64,000 nt of DNA from the NCBI GenBank assembly GCA_045638645.1, contig JAZUBU010000015.1, forward strand, positions 121,646 through 185,645, given 5' to 3'. The position numbers and the translations under genes are program-made. Below the pieces are notes generated by a model. It was not told the origin of the DNA. It saw only the letters and a list, made by a program, of their open reading frames with translations, and searched no databases. Below are positions 28,006 through 38,163 of the stretch, one piece after another. The stretch comes from Bacteroidales bacterium (GTDB lineage: Bacteria > Bacteroidota > Bacteroidia > Bacteroidales > UBA932). Each line of letters begins with the position of its first letter. Position 1 is the stretch's first letter.

Positions 28006-28795
28006 GTGCGCCTTGCTGTGCCTGTTCGCAGTTGTTTCTGCAGAGGGCATGCTGGCACAAGTGCCTCCCAAACCCTCGGTTCCCACTGCGGTCAATGATT
28101 ATGCAGGCATTTTCCGTTCCGGTCAAAAGCAGGAGTTGGAGCAACGTCTGGTGGATTTTGCGGCCCGAACCTCCAACCGTGTGGTGGTGGTGACTGCCTC
28201 TGATTTGGGAGGTATGTCTGCGATGGAATATGCGGTGGAAATTGGAGAGACCTGGGGGGTCGGATCTTCTAAATTTGACAATGGAATCGTTTTGCTGATC
28301 AAACCCAAGACTAGGACACGGGGAGAAGTATTCATTGCGGTCGGCTATGGTTTGGAACCGGCCATTCCGGACGGGGTTGCCAAGCGTATCATCGATAACC
28401 AGTTGATCCCTCATTTTCAGGAGAATGATTATTATGGCGGAGTGGAGGCTGCCTTGGATGTCCTTCTGCCTTTGGCTGCGGGAGAAATTACTTATGCAGA
28501 ACTGGAAGAGCAGGAACGTCTGGAGGGAATCATCGCTATTGTGGTCTTTTTGCTGTTCATGGGTTTGTTTGGGGTACTTGTGGTACAGGCAGCCAAAAAA
28601 CAGGGACCCACGGTCATTGCTGGCAGTGGATCCCGTAATGCGTCTTTAGGTGACGTGATTTTCTGGACCTCCCTTATGGGTGGGGGAAATCACCGGTCCT
28701 CATACCGAGGCGGTAGTGGCTTCGGCGGCGGGGGCTACGGCGGAGGCTCCGGCGGTGGTTCTTTTGGGGGCGGCGGTGCCGGTGGAAGCTGGTAG
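27965..28795 (+). CDS. TPM domain-containing membrane protein (YgcG-like) with Gly-rich tail
   Basis: 276 aa (the start could instead be 27971 or 27983). Signal peptide, TPM domain (VNDYAGIF...VVVVTASDLGG), a TM helix and a C-terminal GGSGFGGGGYGGGSGGGSFGGGGAGGSW tail. Confidence 0.75.
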   Translation: MSMSKAMKYLLVIKCALLCLFAVVSAEGMLAQVPPKPSVPTAVNDYAGIFRSGQKQELEQRLVDFAARTSNRVVVVTASDLGGMSAMEYAVEIGETWGVGSSKFDNGIVLLIKPKTRTRGEVFIAVGYGLEPAIPDGVAKRIIDNQLIPHFQENDYYGGVEAALDVLLPLAAGEITYAELEEQERLEGIIAIVVFLLFMGLFGVLVVQAAKKQGPTVIAGSGSRNASLGDVIFWTSLMGGGNHRSSYRGGSGFGGGGYGGGSGGGSFGGGGAGGSW

Positions 28796-29755
28796 CTGTT
28801 CAAAGGCCTTTACAATCTTGGTGACCAGCGGGTGACGCACAATGTCTCCCGTGGCAAATTCAACGACCCCCACACCCGGGATGTTGCGGACCAGTTCGAT
28901 ACCACGCAAGAGCCCGGAATCCCGTTTGTTGGGCAAATCAATCTGGGTTGCATCTCCGGTTACGATGAATTTTGCATGACAACCCATCCGTGTCAGAAAC
29001 ATTTTCAATTGGCTCAAACTGGTGTTCTGTGCTTCGTCGAGGATGACGAAAGCACTGTCCAGCGTTCGTCCGCGCATGTAGGCAAGCGGGGCAATCTGGA
29101 TGATGCCTTCTTCCATCAATGCCTGAAGTTTTTTGGGATGAATCATGTCGTGGAGCGCGTCGTAGAGTGGTTGCAAGTAGGGATCCAGTTTTTCTTTCAT
29201 GTCTCCAGGCAGGAAACCGAGACGTTCTCCAGCTTCAACAGCAGGACGGGTGAGGATGAGCTTTTTGACCTCGCGATTTTTCAACGCTTTGACCGCAAGG
29301 GCGATGGCAGTGTATGTTTTCCCGGAACCGGCCGGGCCTACCGCAAACAGCAGGTCGTTTTTTGCATAGAGATCCACCAATTTCTTCTGATTGGGTGTGC
29401 GGGCCGTGATGATGCGACCTTCGTTGCCGTACACAATGGTGTAGGGATCGGTGGTGTGCTCTTCCGAGCGCAGGTCGCTGTCTTCAAAGAGTTGGTCCAC
29501 GTCTGCCGGTGTCAGGTGACTTTTCCGGCGTCGCAGGAGGATGAGGGCCTGCAGGCTTTCTTCGAAGCGTTGCATGTCGACCGGTGAACCGTGCAGGCGG
29601 AGTTCGTTGCCCCGTGCCACGATTTTTAGCTTGGGAAAGTAGCTTTGCAGACGTTCCAGGTTTCGGTTGTTGACCCCGTAAATGGCAATCGGGTCGATTT
29701 CTTTGAGTTCTATGGTTTTATCTAGATTCATATTCAATGGATTGTTGTTTCTCAA
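28700..29755 (-). CDS. phoH: PhoH family ATPase
   Basis: 351 aa (alternative start at 29731). Walker A GPAGSGKTY, plus ILDEAQN and DITGDATQIDL-like motifs. The last ~32 codons run antisense through the Gly-rich tail of the convergent TPM gene. Confidence 0.9.
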   Translation of the reverse strand: MRNNNPLNMNLDKTIELKEIDPIAIYGVNNRNLERLQSYFPKLKIVARGNELRLHGSPVDMQRFEESLQALILLRRRKSHLTPADVDQLFEDSDLRSEEHTTDPYTIVYGNEGRIITARTPNQKKLVDLYAKNDLLFAVGPAGSGKTYTAIALAVKALKNREVKKLILTRPAVEAGERLGFLPGDMKEKLDPYLQPLYDALHDMIHPKKLQALMEEGIIQIAPLAYMRGRTLDSAFVILDEAQNTSLSQLKMFLTRMGCHAKFIVTGDATQIDLPNKRDSGLLRGIELVRNIPGVGVVEFATGDIVRHPLVTKIVKAFEQLPASTGTAAPKRTTAGASAVAPAAEATTASV

Positions 29756-30857
29756 AATAGGCTTTCAGACGACGGTATTCGGACATCATTCGATCATAGT
29801 CGGCAGGGTTGCAAAACTCGTTCCGACGATTCCGGTAGTCTTCGACTGGCAGGATGGTATAGTTCTTTTCAAAGCCACCGGCGCGGGAACACCAGAGCCA
29901 CACCGTGCGGTGTGCCGCAATCTGCAACCGGCCGAGCCGGTCTCTGACCAACTGTACTTCGGCAAGGAATCCGATGCGGGAGTTTTCAATGCTCATGTTG
30001 GAGATGGCATTGCCCAAGGAAAACCAGGTGAGTCGTTCCCGACGGTAACCGTCCCAATCCCTTTGCACGGGTTGTACGACGTGAGGGTGAGTACCGACGA
30101 TGATACGGACCCCGTGTTCGTACAGGAACTGCTGCCAGTCGTATTGGGCTGTGTTGGGGAGCAAGTGGTATTCGTCACCCCAATGGGGTAAGGCAATGAT
30201 CCAATCTGCACCTTGTTCCTGAGCGCGGGTCAGGTCCTCCAGGACACTGGTTTGATCCATCCGGTTGACTACCCAGGGAGTGGGCACCCGAATGCCATTG
30301 GTTCCGTAGGTAAAATTGACCAAGGCAATGCGTTGTCCGTTTTGTTCCAGGATCAAGGGACTGTTCGAGTCCCGTTCGCCTGCATCGCGGAAACTTCCGG
30401 TGTGCAGGATGTTCAGACTGTCCAGTAAACGGTGTGTGTGCTCCAGGCCTCGCCGGCCTTTGTCGCAGATGTGGTTGTTGGCGTTGAGCAACACATCGAT
30501 ACCGGCTTTTTTTGCTTCGATGGCCAATGTCGCCGGAGCTGAGAAACTGGGATAGCCGCTGTATGGGGTCGGACCGATGGGGCATTCCAGGTTGGCTACT
30601 GCCAGATCGGCTTCGTCCAAATACGGTTGGATGTGACGGAAGTACGAACTCAAGTCATAGGATTCCGAGACCAGTGAGTCGGCTCCGGGCTTCAGCGCAG
30701 CGCGTAGTTGTGCGCGGTGCATCATGAGGTCTCCGAGGAAGACCAGGTGTACCGTATCGGATGCGCACCCCTGTGCCTGTACCGGGAGGGAAGTTGGCGC
30801 CAGGAGCAGGATCCAGACCCAAGCAAGAAAGGAGGCTGGTAACTTAATTTTCTCCAA
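29718..30857 (-). CDS. CapA family metallophosphoesterase-like protein
   Basis: 379 aa. Signal peptide. CapA-type LVFLGDLMMH, NLECPI, NANNHICD and HWGDEY motifs. Confidence 0.8.
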   Translation of the reverse strand: MEKIKLPASFLAWVWILLLAPTSLPVQAQGCASDTVHLVFLGDLMMHRAQLRAALKPGADSLVSESYDLSSYFRHIQPYLDEADLAVANLECPIGPTPYSGYPSFSAPATLAIEAKKAGIDVLLNANNHICDKGRRGLEHTHRLLDSLNILHTGSFRDAGERDSNSPLILEQNGQRIALVNFTYGTNGIRVPTPWVVNRMDQTSVLEDLTRAQEQGADWIIALPHWGDEYHLLPNTAQYDWQQFLYEHGVRIIVGTHPHVVQPVQRDWDGYRRERLTWFSLGNAISNMSIENSRIGFLAEVQLVRDRLGRLQIAAHRTVWLWCSRAGGFEKNYTILPVEDYRNRRNEFCNPADYDRMMSEYRRLKAYFEKQQSIEYESR

Positions 30858-30869
30858 GGGTACGGTCGG

Positions 30870-32228
30870 TTAGTATTGGACAAGTTTCAGGTTGTTGAAG
30901 CCCAGGCGTACTTTGAGCCAGTGTTCGATTTTGTCGGACTCTTCGGCACTCAACGGTTCTTTCCAGTGGATGATGGCAATGATGCTTTCTTCGGTCAGGA
31001 ATGTCTGGGGATTGACGGTCGCTCCCCGGGCTATGGAGAAGCTTTCGACATCCGGTTGTTGGGCCAGGATTTCCCGTAGAATTTGTTCATAGGGGAGGGC
31101 TTGTTCCCGGTAACCTTTCAATTCTTTTTCCAAGCGGGCAATGTGTTCTTCGCGTTTGGAGATTTCGAGATCGTTCCGTTCAAAGAGGCTCATGAAGAAT
31201 TCCTTGTCGGTTCCGGTCTTTTCCATATCTGCCACGTTTTGTTGGATGACCAGTTGTTTCCGTTGGAGTCCATGTTTCTCAAAACTTTGATAGAGGACTT
31301 CCTTTTCGGTCTCCGTGAGCGCATCCCCGGCAATGGAAATGCGGACAACGGCCGGTTTTTCGTGGAAATTGATGGTGTGGTCGTAGATGTAGCTATGGGA
31401 AAGTGTTTTGTTCTCTTTTATGAATTCGTTGACTTTGAGACTGATGCGGTTCTCTTTGGTTACAACAATCGCCGAGTAGATGCTCGGGATGATGAGAATA
31501 ACGGTCAAAATGGAAATCGTCCGGTGTACCTTGCGCTGGCGAAGGGGATCGGTGAAACTGGCTTCGGGGAAGTGCAGGTGTTTGACGGTGACAAAGGTCG
31601 CCAGGGCGATGAACACGCTGTTGATGAAGAACAGGTACAACGCTCCGATCAGGTAGGACCATTGGCCGGTAGCCAGGGCATATCCGCAGGTGCAGAGCGG
31701 AGGCATCAAGGCGGTGGCAATGGCAACTCCCGAAAAGACGGAGCCTTTTTCTTTCCGGCTGATTTCAATGATGCCGGCAAATCCCCCAAATAAAGCGATG
31801 AGTACGTCAAAAATGGTCGGATTGGTCCGTGCCAGCAGTTCGGACGGGTTCTCCAGTGACAACGGCGTCACCAGAAAATACAGGAACGAGGCACAAAGAC
31901 TGAAAAGCACCATGATGAGCAGGTTCTTTGCCGCCTTGCGCAGGGTTTGCATATCGTTGATCCCCATCGAGTAGCCGACTCCAATGATGGGACCCATCAA
32001 GGGAGAGATCAACATGGCTCCGATGATGACGGGAATGGAATTGACATTCAATCCGACAGAGGCTATGACGATGGCGGCGACCAGAATGTATACGTTCGGC
32101 CCTTTGAAGGAAATGTTTCGCGTGATGTTGGCGGTAGCCCCTTCCAGGTCCAGGTCATCCGTCAGGCGGGTGATGTCGCGGAAGGTGGTCAGGACTCGTC
32201 GCAGTGTACTTTTTGTATTGGAATTCAT
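30870..32228 (-). CDS. DUF389 (TIGR00341-like) membrane protein with C-terminal soluble extension
   Basis: 452 aa from MNSNTKS. Contains IIGAMLISPLMGPIIGVGYSMG and a repeated TM bundle, followed by a coiled-coil-containing tail. Confidence 0.65.
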   Translation of the reverse strand: MNSNTKSTLRRVLTTFRDITRLTDDLDLEGATANITRNISFKGPNVYILVAAIVIASVGLNVNSIPVIIGAMLISPLMGPIIGVGYSMGINDMQTLRKAAKNLLIMVLFSLCASFLYFLVTPLSLENPSELLARTNPTIFDVLIALFGGFAGIIEISRKEKGSVFSGVAIATALMPPLCTCGYALATGQWSYLIGALYLFFINSVFIALATFVTVKHLHFPEASFTDPLRQRKVHRTISILTVILIIPSIYSAIVVTKENRISLKVNEFIKENKTLSHSYIYDHTINFHEKPAVVRISIAGDALTETEKEVLYQSFEKHGLQRKQLVIQQNVADMEKTGTDKEFFMSLFERNDLEISKREEHIARLEKELKGYREQALPYEQILREILAQQPDVESFSIARGATVNPQTFLTEESIIAIIHWKEPLSAEESDKIEHWLKVRLGFNNLKLVQY

Positions 32229-32285
32229 GTGTTCTTCTTTTAATTTGTAAATATACATTTTTTTTGTGTTTGTACGATAAATCCC

Positions 32286-32293
32286 TAAATTTG
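32286..32293 (+). promoter_or_regulatory. -7 box TAAATTTG for the SPOR lipoprotein / gcvT
   Basis: Exact match, 27 nt upstream of ATG 32321. Confidence 0.4.
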
Positions 32294-32320
32294 TTCGAAT
32301 AAACTTTAATACCTTATCGT

Positions 32321-32797
32321 ATGAGAACATCCAGATTCTTATTGGTCCTGGTAGCGGGGATGATGCTGGTCAGCAGTTGTGATTTTTTCAGATCCCTGTT
32401 GGGAAAACCCACGTCCGAAGATTTGGAGCGGATGCGCATTGAGGCGGAGGCAGAAGCCCGTCAGCGCTTTCTCCGGGATTCTGTAGAACGGGCCAAGGCG
32501 GATTCCATAGCTTTTGCCCAGGCACAAGAGGCCATGAAACCGAAATTGGAGGGACGGTACCTGGTGGTGGTCGGAAGTTTTATGGCGCATGCGAATGCTG
32601 AGCGGATGATGGAGCTCTTGACCAAGGAAGGTTACCAACCGCAGACCATTCATTTCAGAAATGGATTTGATGGCGTGGCTGTTTCTGCATACGATTCTTT
32701 CCGTGAGGCTTGCAATGCCATGGATGACCTCTATGAATTTGAATTTGCCCCGGATGATATCTGGATTTACGACGTCCAACAGAATTTGCACGAATAA
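32321..32797 (+). CDS. SPOR domain lipoprotein
   Basis: 158 aa. Lipobox LVSS|C. The C-terminal YLVVVGSFMAHANAERMMELLTKEGYQP...GVAVSAY resembles a SPOR fold. Confidence 0.7.
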   Translation: MRTSRFLLVLVAGMMLVSSCDFFRSLLGKPTSEDLERMRIEAEAEARQRFLRDSVERAKADSIAFAQAQEAMKPKLEGRYLVVVGSFMAHANAERMMELLTKEGYQPQTIHFRNGFDGVAVSAYDSFREACNAMDDLYEFEFAPDDIWIYDVQQNLHE

Positions 32798-32821
32798 TCA
32801 ATTGTTTAATAAAAGCATAAA

Positions 32822-33928
32822 ATGAAAACTACAGCATTTACTGAAAAACACATTGCCTTGGGTGCCAAGATGGTTCCCTTTGCCGGCTATAACATGCCGG
32901 TTGAATACGTAGGTATCAACGACGAGCACAACTGGGTGCGTCAAGCTGTTGGTGTATTCGATGTGTCGCACATGGGTGAGTTCTGGGTGAAAGGTCCGAA
33001 CGCGTTGGCTTTCCTCCAATACGTAACTACCAACGATGTGGCCGCTCTGTACCCGGGCAAGGTTCAATATTCCTGCATGCCGAACGGCAAAGGCGGTATT
33101 GTGGATGACTTGTTGGTGTACTGCATTGATGCAGAAACTTACTTGTTGGTTCCGAACGCTGCAAACATTGAAAAAGACTGGAATCACCTTTGTGCAATTG
33201 CACCCAAATTCAACATCACCCCGGGTAAAGAATTGTACAATGCTTCTGACGAAATCTGCCAATTGGCCATCCAAGGACCCAAAGCATTGCAAGTGATGCA
33301 AAAGATCTGCGACGAAAACGTGGTGGATATGGAATATTACACATTCAAGAAACTGACCGTAGGCGGTATCAAGAATGCCATTCTTTCAACCACTGGTTAC
33401 ACCGGATCAGGCGGATGCGAAGTGTATGTTGCCAACGAAGATGCAGAACAATTGTGGGCTGCTGTTTTTGAGGCCGGCAAAGAAGAAGGCATTCGTCCCA
33501 TCGGTTTGGGTGCTCGTGACACCTTGCGTTTGGAAATGGGCTTCTGCTTGTATGGCAACGATATCGACGACACCACTTCTCCCCTGGAAGCCGGATTGAA
33601 CTGGTTGACCAAATTCAGTGAAGAAAAAGGTGATTTCGTGGACAAGGAATACATGTTGAACCAAAAAGCCGAAGGTCTGAAACGCAAACTCGTTGGTTTT
33701 GAATTGGTGGATCGTGGTATTCCGCGTCACGGTTATCCCGTATGCGATGCAGAAGGCAACGAAATCGGTTTTGTGACCTCAGGTACCATGGGCCCCTCTG
33801 TGAAAAAAGCCGTGGGTATGGCATACGTGGCAGCTCCGCTCTTCAAATTGGGTAGCGAAATCTACATCAAGGTTCGTGATCGTCTGTTGAAGGCTGTGGT
33901 TGTGAAGACTCCTTTCTACAAAGCATAA
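32822..33928 (+). CDS. gcvT: glycine cleavage system aminomethyltransferase T
   Basis: 368 aa. Contains [22 protein letters not shown] and [11 protein letters not shown]. Confidence 0.95.
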   Translation: MKTTAFTEKHIALGAKMVPFAGYNMPVEYVGINDEHNWVRQAVGVFDVSHMGEFWVKGPNALAFLQYVTTNDVAALYPGKVQYSCMPNGKGGIVDDLLVYCIDAETYLLVPNAANIEKDWNHLCAIAPKFNITPGKELYNASDEICQLAIQGPKALQVMQKICDENVVDMEYYTFKKLTVGGIKNAILSTTGYTGSGGCEVYVANEDAEQLWAAVFEAGKEEGIRPIGLGARDTLRLEMGFCLYGNDIDDTTSPLEAGLNWLTKFSEEKGDFVDKEYMLNQKAEGLKRKLVGFELVDRGIPRHGYPVCDAEGNEIGFVTSGTMGPSVKKAVGMAYVAAPLFKLGSEIYIKVRDRLLKAVVVKTPFYKA

Positions 33929-33949
33929 TCCAATCATCCTGATATCCAG

Positions 33950-33982
33950 GAGGCCGGTGACTTGTGTCATCCGGCCTCTTTT
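33950..33982 (+). terminator. terminator downstream of gcvT
   Basis: 8-bp GC-rich stem GAGGCCGG / CCGGCCTC, 13-nt loop, followed by TTTT. Confidence 0.7.
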
Positions 33983-34012
33983 GGCTTAATTCTTGATAGT
34001 GAACCGACTCGT

Positions 34013-35326
34013 ATGAAAAATAGGAAGTTCTTGTTATGCAGCTGGTTGCTGCTTTTGATGCTGGCACCTGTGACCCTCGCACAGGAGACCGTGGAAAAAC
34101 AGTTGAAGAGACATGTTGAGGCCTTGGCGACGGATGTCATGCAAGGGCGCCGCGCTGGAACCGAAGGGGAACGGCTGGCGGCTGAGTATTTTTACGATCG
34201 CCTTGAGTCTTATGGTGTACAGATGCTTTGTCCTCGCACTGGACAGGATTTTTCCATAGCAGGTTCCGAGGACACCTTGCGTTCACGCAACATCGTCGGG
34301 GTTATCCAGGGTAGTGATCCGGCACTCTGGAACCAGTATGTGGTGGTGGGTGCCAATTTGGACCATCTGGGAACCAACCTCCTGCGTCGGAATGGGCAGC
34401 TGGAGAAGCAAGTGTTTTACGGTGCTGATAACAACGCTTCCGGATTGGCTGTGCTGTTGGAGATGGCTCGTCAGTTGGCGCAAGCACCCTTTTTGTTGCG
34501 GCGGTCTGTGGTGGTTGTGGGTTTTGGTGCCTCGGAGCAAGGGCAAGCCGGTTCCTGGTATTTTGTGAACCGGGCCTTCCCTCAGATTGATTCCGTGACC
34601 TTGATGTTGGATCTGCATCAGGTGGGGCGTCCTGCGCAGGGATACCGCTACCACTACCATACGGGGGGACCTTTCCGCGAGACAGAACAGCTGTTGACGC
34701 GAGTGGCAGATGATTCCGGTTATCCGGCTCCGGTATGGGAGGGGGGCTTGGCCCTTACCTCTGATTACCTGGCATTTTACGAGTCACGGATTCCTTCCTT
34801 GGTGGTCACTTCGGGGCGTACCCCGGAGACGGGTACCGTGCGGGATGTGCCCGGAACCTTGAACTACCAGGCGATGGAATCCTTGTGCGGATTTTTGGTC
34901 AATCTGGTGTTGGAGGCGTCCCGAATGGAGGATCCTTTGCAGATGGAGGCGGTACCGGATGTCGGTACGCCCGTCGGAGGTGATGGCGAGACTGGATTGT
35001 ATGGTCCGAGGGATGTCGACAAGGCTCCCCAATTCTTCCACGGGGATGAACGCCGGTTCCTGGAACAATGGGTGTACAACTATTTGCGTTATCCGGATTA
35101 TGCGGTGAGCCAGGGTATCTCCGGAACCGTCATGGTCTCCTTTGTGGTGGAGGCAGACGGGGAGGTGACCAATGTGGAAATTGTTCGGGGCGTGCACGAG
35201 TCGTTGGATCAGGAAGTGATCCGCGTGGTGTCCGCCTCTCCGAAATGGAAACCCGGTCAGCTCAGCGGACGAAAAGTTCGTGTCAAGTACACAATTCCGG
35301 TTGAATTTCGATTAGAAAAACGATAG
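34013..35326 (+). CDS. M28-like (probably non-catalytic) domain fused to TonB C-terminal domain
   Basis: 437 aa from MKNRKF. Signal peptide. M28 scaffold motifs GANLDHLG, GADNNASG, GASEQGQAGS, LMLDL and SDYLAF. C-terminal TonB_C-like YPDYAVSQGISGTVMVSFVVEADGEVTNVEIVRG...PKWKPG. Confidence 0.7.
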   Translation: MKNRKFLLCSWLLLLMLAPVTLAQETVEKQLKRHVEALATDVMQGRRAGTEGERLAAEYFYDRLESYGVQMLCPRTGQDFSIAGSEDTLRSRNIVGVIQGSDPALWNQYVVVGANLDHLGTNLLRRNGQLEKQVFYGADNNASGLAVLLEMARQLAQAPFLLRRSVVVVGFGASEQGQAGSWYFVNRAFPQIDSVTLMLDLHQVGRPAQGYRYHYHTGGPFRETEQLLTRVADDSGYPAPVWEGGLALTSDYLAFYESRIPSLVVTSGRTPETGTVRDVPGTLNYQAMESLCGFLVNLVLEASRMEDPLQMEAVPDVGTPVGGDGETGLYGPRDVDKAPQFFHGDERRFLEQWVYNYLRYPDYAVSQGISGTVMVSFVVEADGEVTNVEIVRGVHESLDQEVIRVVSASPKWKPGQLSGRKVRVKYTIPVEFRLEKR

Positions 35327-35332
35327 TTTTTA

Positions 35333-35340
35333 TACCTTTG
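35333..35340 (+). promoter_or_regulatory. -7 box TACCTTTG for leuS
   Basis: Exact match, 41 nt upstream of ATG 35382. Confidence 0.5.
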
Positions 35341-35381
35341 TAGGTTGTTTGCATTTTAATTCATTAAGCTACTGAGTAACA

Positions 35382-38144
35382 ATGGAGTATAATTTTTCTG
35401 AGATTGAGAAGAAATGGCAGCGCTATTGGGCTGAACGTGGGACTTTTCGCGTAGAAGCGGATCCGAGCAAGCCGAAGTATTATGTGTTGGATATGTTTCC
35501 TTATCCTTCTGGAGCGGGACTGCACGTAGGTCACCCGCTGGGATACATCGCCAGCGATATTTTCAGTCGTTACAAACGCCTGAAAGGTTTCAACGTCTTG
35601 CACCCCATGGGCTATGATGCTTTTGGTCTGCCGGCGGAGCAATATGCGATCCAAACCGGTAAGCACCCGGAAGCCACAACTACCCAAAACATTGCCCGTT
35701 ACCGGGAGCAGTTGGACCGGATCGGCTTTTCATACGATTGGTCCCGTGAAGTAAAGACCTGTGATCCCGGGTATTACAAATGGACTCAGTGGGCTTTCCT
35801 GCAAATGTTCAACCATTGGTACAATCTGGATACCAACCGTGCGGAACCGATTGCAGCACTGGAAGCTCGTTTTGCTGCTTCTGGAAATGCGGAGGTACAC
35901 GCAGCCTGCTCGGAAGTGCCGACTTTCTCAGCTGCCGAATGGGCCGGTTATGACGAGGTGAAACGCGCGGAAGTCTTGATGAATTATCGCATTGCGTACC
36001 AAGGAGAGACAGCTGTGAACTGGTGTCCCGCTTTGGGTACCGTATTGGCCAACGACGAAGTGAAGGAAGGAATTTCCATTCGCGGAGGTCACCCGGTTGA
36101 ACAAAAGAAAATGAAACAGTGGCAGTTGCGTGTGTCTGCCTATGCAGAACGCTTGTTGAACGACATGGAGTCCTTGGAATGGACAGAGTCGCTGAAGGAC
36201 ATGCAACGCAACTGGATCGGCCGTTCCCAAGGTGCGGAAATGATTTTCCGTGTTTCCAACGGTACCGAAGAATACGATATGACCATCTTTACGACCCGTG
36301 CCGATACCGTATTTGGTGTGACCTTTATGGTCTTGGCACCGGAAAGCGAATGGGTGGAAAAATTGACCCGTCCGGAACAAAAAGAAGCCGTTGAGGCCTA
36401 TCTGGTTGCAGCCCGGAAGAAGACGGAACGGGAACGTATGGCAGAAACCCGCAAAGTGACCGGTGTCTTCACCGGTTCTTATGCCAAAAATCCTTTTACC
36501 GGCGAAGAAGTGCCTGTTTGGGTTTCTGAATATGTTTTGTCGGGTTATGGTACAGGAGCCATTATGGCGGTGCCGGCACACGATAGCCGGGACTATGCCT
36601 TTGCCCGTCAGTTCAACTTGCCCATCATTCCGTTGATCGAAGGAGCTGATGTTTCCAATGAAAGTTTTGATGCGAAGGAAGGCATTATGTGCAATTCAGG
36701 CTTCTTGAACGGTATGTCGGTGAAAGAAGCGATTCCTGCTGCGATTGATCGTGTGGAAGCGATGGGAATCGGTCGTCGCAAGATCAACTACCGTTTGCGT
36801 GACGCGATCTTCTCCCGCCAACGCTACTGGGGGGAACCGTTCCCGGTTTATTTCAAAGAGGGTGTTCCCTGTCCGATTCCGGAAAACGAATTGCCCTTGA
36901 CGTTGCCGGAGGTGGACAAATTCCTGCCGACTGAAACCGGTGAACCGCCCTTGGCTCGCGCGAAGGACTGGACTTACAACGGTTATCCGATTGAGAAGAG
37001 TACCATGCCCGGTTTTGCCGGATCCAGTGCTTACTACCTGCGTTATATGGATCCGCACAACGACGAAGCTCTCGTGTCCCGTGAGGCCAACGAATATTGG
37101 CGCAATGTGGACTTGTACATCGGTGGTACGGAACATGCTACCGGTCACTTGATTTATGCCCGTTTCTGGAACAAGTTCCTCTATGATTTGGGTTACATCT
37201 GTGAAAATGAGCCTTTCCGCAAATTGGTGAACCAAGGCATGATCCAAGGCCGCTCCAACTTCGTGTACCGTATCAAAAATACCAATACTTTCGTTTCTTT
37301 GGGCCTGAAAGACCAATACGATACAACGGAAATCCACGTGGATGTGAATCTGGTGACCAACGATCGCTTGGATACCGAAGCATTCCGGAACTGGATGCCG
37401 GACTATGCGGAAGCAGAATTTATTTTGGAAGGGGGAGAGTACATCTGTGGCTGGGCTGTGGAAAAGATGAGTAAGTCCATGTTCAACGTTGTGAACCCGG
37501 ACCGTATTTGTGAAGAGTACGGCGCGGATACCTTGCGGATGTATGAAATGTTCTTGGGACCTCTGGAACAATCCAAACCTTGGGATACCAAAGGTATCGA
37601 CGGGGTACACCGTTTCTTGCGCAAGGTATGGAAACTTTATTTCCGCGATGGCGAAAACATTATCAACGATGCCCCGGCTGAAAAAGCAGCTTTGAAGGTG
37701 TTGCACAAGTTGATCCACAAAGTGGAAACCGACATCGAAAGCTTCTCTTTCAATACTTCGGTGAGTGCTTTTATGATTGCAGTGAACGAATTGACCGATC
37801 TTAAATGCCACAACCGGGAGATCCTGGAAGCATTGACCATCTTGCTCTCGCCGTTCGCACCGCACTTGGCTGAAGAACTTTGGGAAGCATTGGGTCATCA
37901 GGAAAGCATTTCTGGAGCCACCTTCCCGACCTATGTGGAAGCCTACACCGTTGAGGACACCTGCGAATATCCGGTATCGTTCAACGGAAAGATGCGTTTC
38001 AAACTGTCATTGTCCAAATCGCTTTCACCGAAAGAAGTGGAAGCGGCAGCTTTGGCAGATCCCAACTGTGAGAAATACCTCGCCGGAGCACCCATCAAGA
38101 AGATCATTGTGGTGCCGGGCAAGATTATCAACATTGTGTATTAA
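35382..38144 (+). CDS. leuS: leucine--tRNA ligase
   Basis: 920 aa. Contains the class I HIGH-type motif ([12 protein letters not shown]) and the KMSKS motif. Confidence 0.95.
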   Translation: MEYNFSEIEKKWQRYWAERGTFRVEADPSKPKYYVLDMFPYPSGAGLHVGHPLGYIASDIFSRYKRLKGFNVLHPMGYDAFGLPAEQYAIQTGKHPEATTTQNIARYREQLDRIGFSYDWSREVKTCDPGYYKWTQWAFLQMFNHWYNLDTNRAEPIAALEARFAASGNAEVHAACSEVPTFSAAEWAGYDEVKRAEVLMNYRIAYQGETAVNWCPALGTVLANDEVKEGISIRGGHPVEQKKMKQWQLRVSAYAERLLNDMESLEWTESLKDMQRNWIGRSQGAEMIFRVSNGTEEYDMTIFTTRADTVFGVTFMVLAPESEWVEKLTRPEQKEAVEAYLVAARKKTERERMAETRKVTGVFTGSYAKNPFTGEEVPVWVSEYVLSGYGTGAIMAVPAHDSRDYAFARQFNLPIIPLIEGADVSNESFDAKEGIMCNSGFLNGMSVKEAIPAAIDRVEAMGIGRRKINYRLRDAIFSRQRYWGEPFPVYFKEGVPCPIPENELPLTLPEVDKFLPTETGEPPLARAKDWTYNGYPIEKSTMPGFAGSSAYYLRYMDPHNDEALVSREANEYWRNVDLYIGGTEHATGHLIYARFWNKFLYDLGYICENEPFRKLVNQGMIQGRSNFVYRIKNTNTFVSLGLKDQYDTTEIHVDVNLVTNDRLDTEAFRNWMPDYAEAEFILEGGEYICGWAVEKMSKSMFNVVNPDRICEEYGADTLRMYEMFLGPLEQSKPWDTKGIDGVHRFLRKVWKLYFRDGENIINDAPAEKAALKVLHKLIHKVETDIESFSFNTSVSAFMIAVNELTDLKCHNREILEALTILLSPFAPHLAEELWEALGHQESISGATFPTYVEAYTVEDTCEYPVSFNGKMRFKLSLSKSLSPKEVEAAALADPNCEKYLAGAPIKKIIVVPGKIINIVY

Positions 38145-38163
38145 AATTTACTGAATAGAACCT

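Noticed and set aside
32798-32821. Possible glycine riboswitch upstream of gcvT
   Set aside because: Only 24 nt separate the SPOR gene stop from the gcvT start, far too short for a glycine riboswitch. gcvT appears co-transcribed with the SPOR gene.
36696-37898. 400-aa minus-strand ORF inside leuS
   Set aside because: Antisense to leuS, with no motifs.
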